Source: Nanobdellota archaeon (GTDB taxonomy: Archaea > Nanobdellota > Nanobdellia > Pacearchaeales > GW2011-AR1). From it: 64,000 bases of DNA. The translations under genes were made by a program, and so were the position numbers. Positions 37,263 through 48,144 of the stretch are shown one piece after another (positions within the stretch are counted from its first letter, which is position 1; every line of letters begins with the position of its first letter). The notes beneath the pieces were generated by a model. The model searched no databases, was not told where the DNA came from, and saw only the letters and a list, made by a program, of their open reading frames with translations. The DNA lies in NCBI GenBank assembly GCA_038045445.1, contig JBBSYC010000008.1:870-64869 (forward strand). Direction: 5' to 3'.

Positions 37263-40200
37263 CTAAATCAATTCAGCATAGAAATATACTGCTTTCATAT
37301 CTGCGGAGTTATATTCTCTCAATCTAGCAGGCACTCGAATTTCATAATCATATATTCCATAGGCTCCTTGAGTGTCTTTCTTTATTGAAGCCATAAATAC
37401 TACATCTTCTTCATCGTCTTGGCTAAACTGCCCATCTGCGACATCGTCTGATGTATCCCATAATATTCCGGTTCTGAATGCGGTGTTGTTCGTAGAATTG
37501 GATATAGGAATATTTGAAATCAGGCGATTAAATATATAGGAATCAATAGTCTCTGGAGCTTCTGTTCCATTACTAAATATTCCAGTTACTGAATCTCCGA
37601 ATGAAGACATTCCTAAAATAGAATCTAAATCTGTAAAATCATTCGTCGTAGTTCCGCCTAAAGCGCTTCTACCTAAAGACTGGAGGGAATTCCAAAACAC
37701 AACAGACTCTTTATCTGTGGCAAAGATTGAGCCGTTTTGATAATTACTGGCGTTCCAAAATAGAATACTTTGGTTCCTTTGTCCACTAAGAGAAAACACA
37801 CTTTGCTCCCCTATTTCTCCGTATACAAACTGCCAACCACTTACACTAGCAGAATTGTTTGCTAAATTATTGGTTTCATTCCATTCTTCAATAGTGCCAT
37901 TGGAAGATATTGGTGGGTCTATCTGTATGTAAATTTGATTTGTCCCTAAAGGTACTGACCAATTGATACTAAATAGCATATCTGATAAACCTAAAATGTC
38001 ATAGGCAGTATAATTTGAACCAAGTTGTATTCCTCCGTTGCCTGGCTCTCCTTGAAAGAAACTGACAGTTACATTAGGAACACTAACATTGACTAAATTG
38101 TGAATTGTTGCATTTACTAAAACAGTATCATTTTCTGCAGGATTGCTCATATTAAATTGAATGTCGCTAAAGTTAATCATGAAGTCTGCTAGAGTAACAT
38201 TAAATGAAAATTTATTGGACCAATTTCTGTTGCCTGAATTATCCACACAAGAAACGTTCCAGGTATGTAATCCCAGAGCAAATTTGTTGACAGACTGGAT
38301 GGTTGCAGTTCCATTTGGAGAGCTTATAGAACTGACATTTAACAAATTATCCGTATATAAGTTGCACGTTAAATCTGTATCTATATTGTCTATTGCAGTA
38401 AAGTTAAAGTTTACTAATTTCAGAGTATTGCTCCCATTTGTAGGAAGATTTAGATTAATTTGTGGAAAAGTTATATCCACTGTAAAATTAGTTAAGTTTG
38501 AAGTGCCTTGATTGAAATCTGGAAATACATCAAAACAACTTACATTCCAAGAGTGTTTGCCTTCAGAAACTCCATTTACTGCAAATGAGTTGTTTGCATT
38601 TGCAGTTATTGTGCCCGAACTTGAATTTATTACCCCGTCTAATAATAGTGAACAATTGAATATCCCAATGGTATCCTGTGGAAGATATACAAAGGTAACA
38701 TTTGATGAATTAAGATATTCTTCATTTAATGGGTTGAGATTTGTTACTATAGGGGGAGCTTCTACTGTGAATGTGCGAGTCTCACTGTAATTCAAATTCG
38801 AGGAATCATCTCTGCAATTGACATTCCATGTATATACTCCGTCCGACTTAATCAAACTTCGAAAAACGCTTGTGCCATTTTGTGAATCAATATTTCCTAT
38901 AGAGACTACATCATCAATGCTAATATTACAACTAAGATTAGAGTCTATTAAATCATATGCAGTATAATTAAAGGTAATATTATTTGATACCATTAGAGTA
39001 TTATTTTGAGGGAAATTTAATTCAATCCAAGGCTTTTTTGTATCTATTGTCAAAACAAAAGATGGCGTTTCTGTACCAACTAAATTAGTCAAATCAGTTA
39101 CATTAATTGTCCAATTGTAAAAACCATCTGGAAGAGAGACAGTGATATTATTTTCCGCATCATTGATAATTACGGTTGTATTTGTCTGATTAATATTCCC
39201 ATTTAATATAAGTGTTGCGTTTGCAATGTTGTTGTTATCATCTAAAACATTATAGAGGAAAGCCATATTTGAAGTATTTGAAAAGGTGTTATTTAAAGGA
39301 CCTACTAACCCTACGCTTGGTGCCTGTTCTATTGTGAAATTTCTAGTTAAACTGGTAAATTTGTTATTTGCATCGTCGTAACATGTGACATTCCAATACT
39401 TCAAGCCACCACTTGCAAAGGTTATTGAGCGATTAACTATTATTCCACTTGAGGCTAAAGAGGTATTGACTACTAAATTATTTACTGTGATATTACATAA
39501 CAAAAGAGGGTCTATGTTGTCTGTTGCATTGAAACTCAGATTTAGGTTTGATGTGAAGAATTGGGCTCCGTCATTCGGATAGATTAATTCAACGTTCAGA
39601 CCGTTAGTATCTACTGTGAATGCTCTTGTTTGGGAGACGTTTGTGAGTTCGTAAGTATCATTGCAAATAACATTCCATGTGTGAAATCCAGAATTGACTC
39701 CACTCATGCTGAAATTACTTTGTAGACTATTGCTTGGAGAAGAATGTGTCTGATTGTAAAATCCGTCTATATACAATTCGCAAAGACTTAGATTTGTGTT
39801 ATCTGAAGGAGTATAACTCAAATTGAATGATGTCGTGTTAAAGAACGAGTTATTCTCTGTGTTGAGAGCTATACGCGGATATTCTGTGATATTAACAAGT
39901 CTAGTTTCACTGTAATTTGAGCGACCAGAATCATCTGCACAAGAAACATTCCAGTAAAATCCTCCATCGATAAGATTTGTAATTTGACGATTTGTAATGC
40001 TTCCATTGACTGCTACAAAATTCAAATCGCTTCTTTCTCCTACAAAAAGGCTACAGACTAAATTAGGTGCTACATTGTCTATTGCAGTGAAATTAAAATT
40101 AACTGTTGAAGAATTGAATAGGGTATTATTACTTGGAAGATTTAAAGTTATATTTGGGGCATTAAGGTCTATGATAAATACTCTTGAAGAGTGATTTGTT

Positions 40201-43200
40201 GAATTTAGACCTCCTGTGTCTGTGGCATTGATATTCCATAAATATAATCCCTCTCCTAAATTTGTCAATGAGAAATTATTGTATTGTCCATTCAAAACGG
40301 ACGTTTGATTTGTTTGGTTTACTGCATTATTTAATATAAATCTTGTTTGTAAAAGGCCATTGTTGTCCGTGACATTATACACTAAAGTGATGTTACCTGT
40401 AGTGCTATAAGTTGCATTTGGAGTAATTAAATCTACAACTGGTGATATGTCTAAGACTGTGAATGTGTTAGTGATACTATTATTTCGATTACCTGCTTCA
40501 TCTATACAAGAGACATTCCAATAGTGGGTTCCAACAGCTATATTTGAAACAGAAAGATTAATAAGAGTTGCGTTTGCAGAATTAACATTTAAATGTTCAA
40601 TAGTTGAATCAATAGTTAAATTACAAATAAGGGTTTGGTCTATATTATCAAACGCAGTGTAATTGAATTCAACCCTACTAATTTGAAATGAACTATCATT
40701 TGCTGGAGCAGATAGATTTATACTTGGAAAAATTGTGTCTACATAAAATGTACGAATTGTGGTGTTTGTTCCCTCAAGATTGGTACTATCTGAAGAGTTA
40801 ACTGTCCAAGAATATGTTCCACTTGCTAAATTGACTAAAGAAAAATTGTTTAATACTCCGAGTGAAATGGCACTTGCATTTGTAGAATTTCTTGCACCGT
40901 TAAGAATTAATGTTGAATTAACTACATTAGAATTAATGTCTGTGATATTATAAAATAAAGTCACATTTTGAGAATTATACCATGTTGCGTTTGCAGGAGA
41001 AGATAATGAAATTACTGGAGCAACATCGCTCTGGCCGACAGTTACTTGTCTTGTAGTTGTTCCATTTTTAGAGTCATAAGTTGATACTGCAATACACCTG
41101 ATATTATTTACTGAATTTATGTTTCCTTGTATTGAAAAATTATTGTTTAGCAAAGTTGTTGAAATATTTCCTAAACTATGAGGATTAGTCTCTCCTGTAG
41201 ACAAGATAATATTTCCACTTGACTCTATATTTGTCCAAGTTTCAGTAGAACTGTTTCTCTGTAGATAAACTTGTGTGTTTCTACATGTACCAATTGTGCA
41301 TGTAACTTGGCATGTTACGTTTAACTGCTGTCCCGTAGAGATACTTGTATCTACTGTTGGTTGCACGAGGTCTACATTCAAGAAACCTTCTGTCGTGACA
41401 TTAATATCTAAAAATGAAGAAGTCGGAAAATCCCACGCGTGAATTATTGAACGAAGCTGTGTTGCGTGAGTATTATAAGCATTAATTAAATAAGTTATTC
41501 TGTCTGAAGGTTTAAGACGAATATCTGAAGAAATACACGTGGTATTCTGTCCTGTTGAGGTGCCAGCTGAAACAGTTCCCCCAGAACTATCGTCTCCATT
41601 CTGACAAAGAAGAGTGCTTCCAGAACTATTTTCTACATATACTTTCCATGTTAAAACAATATTTGCACTGGATAATGAAAAACTGCTTGAGAAATCTATG
41701 ACGCTACCTGCTGGAATAATTGCACCATTTGAACCCATTACTTGAGTTGAAGCATTCAATATATTCTTGACAGTTTGTGCAGTTATATTGAATCCAAGAG
41801 TATTTTGTGTAGCATCTTGAGAATTGTTCATCCAAATTACGGATGTTTGATTTTGAATTCCATTGCTTGTATAAGTTTCATAAAATCTTCTTCCGAAACT
41901 CCAAGGAACTACATTTGATATGATTGTACGATTTGAAGTTATGTTTGAATTTGAATATTGGTCTGTGCAAGAAACTGCCCATAAATATGTGCCATTTGAC
42001 AAGTAGTAGTTGAATGTTTGATTTATTCCTTTAGATATGGTTGAAACTGTTTGAACAGGCACTCCATCTAAGTAAATAGAACAGTTTGCAATATTTGAAA
42101 CGTCAGTCACATTATAAACGAAATAAAAGTCAAATGGATTTGAAATTGTTGTTCCATCTGAAGGAGAGACAAGAGAAACAAATGGATTTATAGTATCAAC
42201 TGTGGATGTAGTAAATGAATGGGGTCCTGTCGTATTGCATCTGCCGTCGCGACAAGAAGTTGCATTAAAATAATAAGTTGTCTGACCTGAAAGTCCTGTT
42301 AAATTAAATCCTTGAACTGTTTTAGGGAAATTATATCCTTGACTTCCCGAAGTCATGGCAAGAGTTGTGCCATATTTAATACTTGAATTTGCTTCAACAT
42401 TGGTGCTCCAATTTACAAATGCTGAAGTAATTGTTAGGTCTGAAACATTTACATTTGATATCTCTGGAACATAGGTTGGACAGATGCCACCCCATATTGT
42501 ACTGTTTGGATAATATGCACTCCAAGTTGCGTGAGTTGTAGTATTCACAAAAGATACTATGTATGCGTCTTCACATAGTTGAATCTGCGTAGTAAACTCT
42601 TCTGAAGCAACGTCTGTATATTGTTGAGAGTTAGATTGCACGGTAACTATTGAAGACAAAACAGTTCCATTGTTTAGATAGGATTGTGAATAAATTCCTG
42701 TATCTGTTGTTGGGTCATACCAGCTAACTACAAAATCATCTTGAGTTATTGCTGAAACTCTTATATCTTCTCCGCCTGTGGCATCTGTATCTATACTTGT
42801 TGTTGAAACTCTTGTTGTGCCATTTGGATAATAAACTGCAAATCTTTTAGCCCCATCATTTACATCCACCCATGAGACTACAAGTGAACTTTCATTCATC
42901 ACTGCAAGAGAAACTGAACGGGAGTTTCCCGCATTACTGTCTACAGTAACTGCTGATGAAATTGCGGTTCCAGTGTAACTATAAAGAACGTAATAAACGT
43001 CGCTAATACCTCCTCCACCCCCACTATCATCAAAATATAAAACTCCGAAGGCAGTTGAATTGATTGCAGACACTTCAACTGCTTGAGAAGCTTCTCCTAC
43101 ATCTTGGTCTATATCAAAAATAGACGTAATTGTTGAGCCACTTGAAGAATAAACCGCTGCGGAGATATCATTACTTGTATCATCAAACCATGACGCAACA

Positions 43201-46200
43201 AATGCTGTGGAATTTAAAGGAGAAATAGAAACTGCTAAAGAAGCTGTTGCGTCTGTGTCTAAATCTACTATTGAAGATGCTTGTGTTCCATTTGAATAAA
43301 ATATCTGAAAACTCGTGTCTGAATCTCCTGAATCATACCATGAAACTATGAATCTGTCTGAATTGAGAGCTGTGACTGAAACTGAATGCCCTGCGGTGTT
43401 TGCTGTGCATGCTCCAGCTGTTGTATCTATGTCAGTAACTTGTGTCAATAAATAACCCGTTGTATTAAAGACCCCAAAACTAATGTCATCTTCAGTATCG
43501 TCGCACCATGCAACTATAATTTTATTGAAATCTAAAGGGGCGTTAGAAATAGAGGTCACTGAATTATTTGAATATGTATGTGGAGACAGAAAAGTTGTAC
43601 TTAACAAGAGTCCGTCTGTTTTAGTTGAATCTAAAAGACTAGTTACATTTAACGAAGCAAAATAAGTTCCCTCTGTAACTGCAGATATATTCAACTCGAA
43701 AAAGATAGTACTTCCATTGTTTACATTAAGAAAACTTGATTGATTGATATATGTATATGAGGCTCCTGAAACATTTGTGACGCTTAAAGTATAATTGCTT
43801 GAGACTGTTCCATTGTTTGTAAAATTAATTAAGTATCTTATATTAGTTTCTGTTGTCCAAATTTGAGGAGATATTGGTTCACCGAAGACTGGGGTTGGGT
43901 CTCCTATTCCTGTGCTAAAACTATATCCTCCGCTTGAATTACATCTCCAGTCTATACAAGAAGTAACATTAAAATAATAAGTCTGTCCAGGACTTAAACC
44001 TGTTAGATTAAATCTGTGAGTTGACTGTGTGAAACTACTGCCCAAGATACTTCCTAAAGATGGTGTAGTCCCGTAGCTGATTGTTGAATTAGCATCAAAA
44101 TCTGTGCTCCAATTTACAAATGCTGAAAAGGCAGTAATGGTTGAAACATTTACATTGGAGATAACTGGAAAATTTGTTGAGCAAACACCGTTCCAGATTG
44201 TGCCGTTTGGATAATATGCTTGCCAAAAGTTTTGAGCTGTTGTGTTTGCTACTGCTACGACAAAAACATTATCGCACAACTGAAGACCTGTTGCGTATTC
44301 TTCGGATGCGATATCTTGATATTGTAATGCGGCTGATTGGATGGTTATTTCAGAAGACTGCGAGGAAGTATTAAAATAAAATGTTTTGGCAAAAATCCCC
44401 GTATCTGTACTTGAATCATACCAATTAAATCCAAACTTTGATTGTGAAACTGTAGAAATTTGCAATGAACGACCACTTCCTCCTGTGTCTGAATCTACGT
44501 CTATTACCCCACTAATTGGTGTAGCATTCCATAAATGTATTCTGAAAGATGCGTCATTTGCACCTCCTCCTGCATCAAACCAACCAAATGCAATTGTGCT
44601 TGAATTGAATGCTGAAACAGATACTACCCGAGATTCACCTGCTCCCCCATCAACATCAAATACTGAAGCGAGAGAAGTTCCGCTTATAGAATGAGGTTGC
44701 AAACTTGCGTCATTATCTGTATCATCAAACCAGGAGAACATAAATGCTGTGGAATTTAGTGCGGAAACACTAACACTATTTGAAGCTGGTCCAGCTGTTG
44801 TATCTACATCTGTGGCAGAAGTTATTGTTGAGCCACTTGATGAATAAACTCCAAATGTTGTATCTTCATCTGTTGCATCATACCATCCAAGAACAAATGC
44901 TGTTGAGTTAAGCGCTGAAGTTGAAACTGCTGCGGATAAACCTACATCTGTATCTGCATCAATAGGAGAAGTTAGATTAGATAGACTTAAATTATATGCT
45001 TGAAAAGTTATATCTCCATCAACAGAATCATACCAAGCTATTACAAAACTATTAGTATCCAAAGCTGAAACGCTAACTGAATTGCCTACCGAATTTGCTG
45101 TGCATGCACCTGCGCTTGAATCTATTGTGCGTTTAATTCCACTTCCATTTGAATTATAAAATGCTACATTGATATCATCGTCTGTATCATCGCACCAACC
45201 TAAAATAAAATTTGTATAATTAACTGGAGTAAGACTTATAGATGTAACACTTGATGATGAAAAATATGGACTTGAAAGAGTGGTGATTTCTGGAAGAGTG
45301 GTTGTTGTAAAGATTGTATTACCTAAAAGATAGCTTAAATCTAAATTTACCCATGGAGTATAAAGACGTGAAGGGTTACTTAAATCTGGGCGTGGATGCG
45401 CTAAATCGTCTTGAGTTGTACTAATTTGCACTTCACTGCCCCATGAAGTCATGTTATCTGAAGAAGCAACATAATATACATCGCTTGATGTTGCTGTGCC
45501 TCCCGGGGCGCGAGTGTATGTAGCATATACTGTTATATTATTTGTGCCTATGGACACCTTAGAGCCTCTTCCTGCAGAGCCTATATTTGTATAAACATCT
45601 GTTGTTATAGCCCATGAGACTCCGTTATAGAAATATGACTGAATATCTGCTCCTGCATTCCCAGGGTCATTGTTTCCGACTACATAAATTAAACTTGTGT
45701 TTGGGTCAACTGTTGCTCCCCATGAAGCTTCAATATTATTTGTGGTGCTTCCTGTAAAAGAAGTATCTATATTAACTCCTGCAATCCATCCATCTGTTGT
45801 TTCGTTATAACGTCTGGAAATAAGGTTTGTCGCACTAACATCCATGTGAATTGCAAAAATATCTCCTCCCGCTACGGGGATGAGTGCAAACTCGTCATTA
45901 AAATCGTTATTGAATGCTGAAGCGCTTGTTGTAGCCCATGTGCTACCATTATTTACAGATTTCCAAATTTCTTCATTTCCGCTATTGTCATCTGCGCCGG
46001 AAATAAAAAGATTTCCTAAGCTACTACGAGTAATTGATGGGTTTTGTGCCTGTTCTCTAAGCCTTCCTATGTCTCCGGTTACATCAACTTCTGTAGATAA
46101 TGTATCTCCAGTTGTATTAAGATATTTGTAGTAAAATGCATCTCCACCCGTTTCACCGAAAACTATGTTTATCAAGTTGCCATTGTATTCGGGAGTCCAA

Positions 46201-47876
46201 AGGTCATACCATAATGCAAATGTGTAAGCATCTGTTTGGGAAGTAATTGCTACAGGAGAACTCCATGTAACTCCGCTGTCGTTTGTCTTTGCATAAGAAA
46301 GCTGTGGACCAGAATCAAAATAGAAGACATATCCATTAGTGTCATTTACAAAAACCACTGATGCACCCGTACCATATTGTTGGTCCATATTAACAATAGA
46401 ATTATCAATAGTTAATTCTGGGTCGTTTGCAATTTGCCAAAGCCTTTGTTCTGAAAAAGAACCTATTGAAAATGGACCTAATAAGTAAAGGGATGGTATG
46501 ACATTTGGCGAATCGAATTCGTAGCCTAATTCGTAACTTTCTCCTGCAACAAAATCAACATTCCAAGAAAGAAGGATATTATTTATTTCTTCAGATAATT
46601 TCAAAGAGGGGTCTGGAGTAATAGAAAAACCTAAAGGAACTCTTTCGATTACTTTGCCCGTATAATTTTCAAAGGCTTTAATATAAAAACGCATTGAGTG
46701 ATCAACATATGGATAGACTCTTGTGGGTGCGACACGACGGACATCAAATGGAACTGATTCACGCACTTCAAAAGAGTCATTTATTGAATATTCTCCCTTT
46801 TCAGTATTTGCTGTAACTGAAAATGTATAATTGCCTATTTCGTTTGGAAGGTATTCTGCAAAATAGTCTGGTTCTGATAAAGCCCCTAAATGACCGCACG
46901 AATTACTTTTTAATATATTTCCATCATTTGTTGAGAGATAATTAATGACTCCATTTGGAGATTCGATTTTAATATTTAAGTCTGCATCACAAATAATGAC
47001 TCCTGTTTCGCTTAATACTCCTAATGAAATATGCACCTTGTCCTTAGGAAGATAGATTGACTTGTCTAAATTTGCTGCAAGAATTCCCCATAAAAACCAT
47101 CTTTCTAAGAGATATTTTTTTTCATCATGATAAAACTCAACAACTAATTTATTTAATCCCGGAGTGATGTGTCTTGTTTCGATTAATCCTACATTTAGGC
47201 TTTCGTCTAATGAATAAATTGGTTTATCTATTAAAAAAGAATTTTTATATATATCTTCTATGTAAATTTGTGGTTGATATGAACTGAAGACTTCAGTTAG
47301 AGAATCTATAAGCGTTGGTGAAACTACTTGAGCTGAATGAACCTCTTCGGATGAAAAGAAAAACTTTGGAGCTTCATTTGATGAAAATACCTCTAAATTA
47401 GAGGGTATTCTTTCTATTAATGAATCTTCCAGATTTTCTGAATCTTCTTCTGGGATAGAAAAATTAAATTCTGAATTTTGATTTGAGGAATAATTTGAAT
47501 AGTTATTGAGATTATTTTTAAAGGTTGATTCATTAGATAAATTTCCCTTGATAGCTGAAGCGATGACCTTAAAAGAATAACTATAATCTCCTGATAAAGA
47601 TTCTACCAATATTGAATGGTCTCCAATTTCTAAAGGTTTAAAGATAAAAACATTTTGATTGCCTCTGTAAATTAAAGGCTCTGATGGGGTAATTATTTTT
47701 AATTTATAATCTTGAAATGCTGTAAGATCCAGCTTGACTCTTTCTCCCAACTCATAAATATTTTCAGATGTTGTCGCAAAAGATTTTTCGGAAATGAAGA
47801 TAATGTTTAAAATAAATAAGAAAGACATTATCGCAAGACTAAATAATCCTATTTTTATAGTACCTTTCTTTGTCAT
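37263..47876 (-). CDS. giant secreted surface protein (3537 aa) with FN3-like domains and many Ig-like/CARDB-like repeats
   Basis: Signal peptide MTKKGTIKIGLFSLAIMSFLFILNIIF. Ser/Thr/Asn-rich with hundreds of N-x-S/T sequons. Two FN3-like units (...VSTITAFSAFVNWST...YGTT...LTGLSPGQTYYFNVTSC...). The C-terminal half holds ~90–100-aa tandem repeats of the pattern P..SL.SP.N.T...N.TF.YN.TD.N... . No C-terminal TM. The ORF is uninterrupted over 10.6 kb. Confidence 0.8.
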   Translation of the reverse strand: MTKKGTIKIGLFSLAIMSFLFILNIIFISEKSFATTSENIYELGERVKLDLTAFQDYKLKIITPSEPLIYRGNQNVFIFKPLEIGDHSILVESLSGDYSYSFKVIASAIKGNLSNESTFKNNLNNYSNYSSNQNSEFNFSIPEEDSENLEDSLIERIPSNLEVFSSNEAPKFFFSSEEVHSAQVVSPTLIDSLTEVFSSYQPQIYIEDIYKNSFLIDKPIYSLDESLNVGLIETRHITPGLNKLVVEFYHDEKKYLLERWFLWGILAANLDKSIYLPKDKVHISLGVLSETGVIICDADLNIKIESPNGVINYLSTNDGNILKSNSCGHLGALSEPDYFAEYLPNEIGNYTFSVTANTEKGEYSINDSFEVRESVPFDVRRVAPTRVYPYVDHSMRFYIKAFENYTGKVIERVPLGFSITPDPSLKLSEEINNILLSWNVDFVAGESYELGYEFDSPNVIPSLYLLGPFSIGSFSEQRLWQIANDPELTIDNSIVNMDQQYGTGASVVFVNDTNGYVFYFDSGPQLSYAKTNDSGVTWSSPVAITSQTDAYTFALWYDLWTPEYNGNLINIVFGETGGDAFYYKYLNTTGDTLSTEVDVTGDIGRLREQAQNPSITRSSLGNLFISGADDNSGNEEIWKSVNNGSTWATTSASAFNNDFNDEFALIPVAGGDIFAIHMDVSATNLISRRYNETTDGWIAGVNIDTSFTGSTTNNIEASWGATVDPNTSLIYVVGNNDPGNAGADIQSYFYNGVSWAITTDVYTNIGSAGRGSKVSIGTNNITVYATYTRAPGGTATSSDVYYVASSDNMTSWGSEVQISTTQDDLAHPRPDLSNPSRLYTPWVNLDLSYLLGNTIFTTTTLPEITTLSSPYFSSSSVTSISLTPVNYTNFILGWCDDTDDDINVAFYNSNGSGIKRTIDSSAGACTANSVGNSVSVSALDTNSFVIAWYDSVDGDITFQAYNLSLSNLTSPIDADTDVGLSAAVSTSALNSTAFVLGWYDATDEDTTFGVYSSSGSTITSATDVDTTAGPASNSVSVSALNSTAFMFSWFDDTDNDASLQPHSISGTSLASVFDVDGGAGESRVVSVSAFNSSTIAFGWFDAGGGANDASFRIHLWNATPISGVIDVDSDTGGSGRSLQISTVSQSKFGFNWYDSSTDTGIFAKTFYFNTSSQSSEITIQSAALQYQDIASEEYATGLQLCDNVFVVAVANTTAQNFWQAYYPNGTIWNGVCSTNFPVISNVNVSTITAFSAFVNWSTDFDANSTISYGTTPSLGSILGSSFTQSTHRFNLTGLSPGQTYYFNVTSCIDWRCNSSGGYSFSTGIGDPTPVFGEPISPQIWTTETNIRYLINFTNNGTVSSNYTLSVTNVSGASYTYINQSSFLNVNNGSTIFFELNISAVTEGTYFASLNVTSLLDSTKTDGLLLSTTFLSPHTYSNNSVTSISNAPLDFNKIIVAWCDDTEDDISFGVFNTTGYLLTQVTDIDTTAGACTANTAGHSVSVTALNSDRFIVSWYDSGDSDTSFQIFYSNGTQASSIVDLDTDATASLAVSISPLNSTAFVASWFDDTSNDISAAVYSSSGSTITSIFDIDQDVGEASQAVEVSAINSTAFGVLYFDDSGGGGGISDVYYVLYSYTGTAISSAVTVDSNAGNSRSVSLAVMNESSLVVSWVDVNDGAKRFAVYYPNGTTRVSTTSIDTDATGGEDIRVSAITQDDFVVSWYDPTTDTGIYSQSYLNNGTVLSSIVTVQSNSQQYTDVASEEFTTQIQLCEDAYIVSFVNTTTHATWSAYYPNSTIWGGICPTYVPEISNVNVSDLTITSAFVNWSTNVEANSSIKYGTTLAMTSGSQGYNFPKTVQGFNLTGLSGQTTYYFNATSCRDGRCNTTGPHSFTTSTVDTINPFVSLVSPSDGTTISNPFDFYFVYNVTDVSNIANCSIYLDGVPVQTVSTISKGINQTFNYYLSNGTYLWAVSCTDQYSNSNITSNRTIISNVVPWSFGRRFYETYTSNGIQNQTSVIWMNNSQDATQNTLGFNITAQTVKNILNASTQVMGSNGAIIPAGSVIDFSSSFSLSSANIVLTWKVYVENSSGSTLLCQNGDDSSGGTVSAGTSTGQNTTCISSDIRLKPSDRITYLINAYNTHATQLRSIIHAWDFPTSSFLDINVTTEGFLNVDLVQPTVDTSISTGQQLNVTCQVTCTIGTCRNTQVYLQRNSSTETWTNIESSGNIILSTGETNPHSLGNISTTLLNNNFSIQGNINSVNNIRCIAVSTYDSKNGTTTRQVTVGQSDVAPVISLSSPANATWYNSQNVTLFYNITDINSNVVNSTLILNGARNSTNASAISLGVLNNFSLVNLASGTYSWTVNSSDSTNLEGTNTTIRTFYVDTIFPSINLSAPANDSSFQISRVEFNYTAFDNIDQTLICNLTIDSTIEHLNVNSANATLINLSVSNIAVGTHYWNVSCIDEAGNRNNSITNTFTVLDISPVVDLITPNATYSTTGNITLVYNVTDNNGLLQTRFILNNAVNQTNQTSVLNGQYNNFSLTNLGEGLYLWNINATDTGGLNSTNHSSRVFIIDLNAPNITLNLPSNNTLFNSSTVNFNFTAIDNVAPNLVCSLFVGERSDLNFVAVNGSITNRQITNLIDGGFYWNVSCADDSGRSNYSETRLVNITEYPRIALNTENNSFFNTTSFNLSYTPSDNTNLSLCELYIDGFYNQTHSSPSNSLQSNFSMSGVNSGFHTWNVICNDTYELTNVSQTRAFTVDTNGLNVELIYPNDGAQFFTSNLNLSFNATDNIDPLLLCNITVNNLVVNTSLASSGIIVNRSITFASGGLKYWNVTCYDDANNKFTSLTRNFTIEQAPSVGLVGPLNNTFSNTSNMAFLYNVLDDNNNIANATLILNGNINQTNTTVIINDAENNITVSLPDGFYNWTINVTDLTNLVGTETPSFVLTIDTKKPWIELNFPQNNTLMVSNNITFNYTAYDLIDSNLSCNISIDDVVSIGNIDSQNGTSVFRSLIKSDGVYTWNVNCRDDSSNLNYSETRTFTVEAPPIVTNLNPLNEEYLNSSNVTFVYLPQDTIGIFNCSLLLDGVINSSSGTITANANNSFAVNGVSEGKHSWNVSCFDVFPDFNQGTSNLTNFTVDITFPQINLNLPTNGSNTLKLVNFNFTAIDNIDTDLTCNLYTDNLLNVSSISSPNGTATIQSVNKFALGLHTWNVSCVDNSGNRNWSNKFSFNVTLADFMINFSDIQFNMSNPAENDTVLVNATIHNLVNVSVPNVTVSFFQGEPGNGGIQLGSNYTAYDILGLSDMLFSINWSVPLGTNQIYIQIDPPISSNGTIEEWNETNNLANNSASVSGWQFVYGEIGEQSVFSLSGQRNQSILFWNASNYQNGSIFATDKESVVFWNSLQSLGRSALGGTTTNDFTDLDSILGMSSFGDSVTGIFSNGTEAPETIDSYIFNRLISNIPISNSTNNTAFRTGILWDTSDDVADGQFSQDDEEDVVFMASIKKDTQGAYGIYDYEIRVPARLREYNSADMKAVYFYAELI

Positions 47877-48070
47877 TTAGAAACTCCTTCTTTTTTAATT
47901 ACAATGCTTGAATTTTTATGATTTAAATATAAATTTACCAAATCTCCCTCTTCTAAACCTAAATTATTTAATAATTCCTTTGGGAAAGCTATGCGGTTTA
48001 ATTCCTGAATTTTGCCTTTTTTGAAAAGAATTTCATTAGTTTTACTAACTTTTTTAGAATTCACCACCAT
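47873..48070 (-). CDS. AbrB/MazE/SpoVT-family swapped-hairpin DNA-binding protein
   Basis: NRIAFPKELLNNLGLEEGDLVNLYLNH...SIVIKK matches the AbrB-type motif. The stop overlaps the giant gene start (ATGA); 65-aa product. Confidence 0.55.
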   Translation of the reverse strand: MVVNSKKVSKTNEILFKKGKIQELNRIAFPKELLNNLGLEEGDLVNLYLNHKNSSIVIKKEGVSK

Positions 48071-48144
48071 ACTAATAATATACTAATAAAAGGATATAAA
48101 AACCTATAGCAGATACACCAAATAATTGCAGTGCATTTACCTTC

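Noticed and set aside
38161-46131. Multiple 60–120-aa plus-strand ORFs inside the giant gene
   Set aside because: They are antisense to a continuous 10.6-kb ORF with strong protein features. They are artefacts typical of low-GC repeats.
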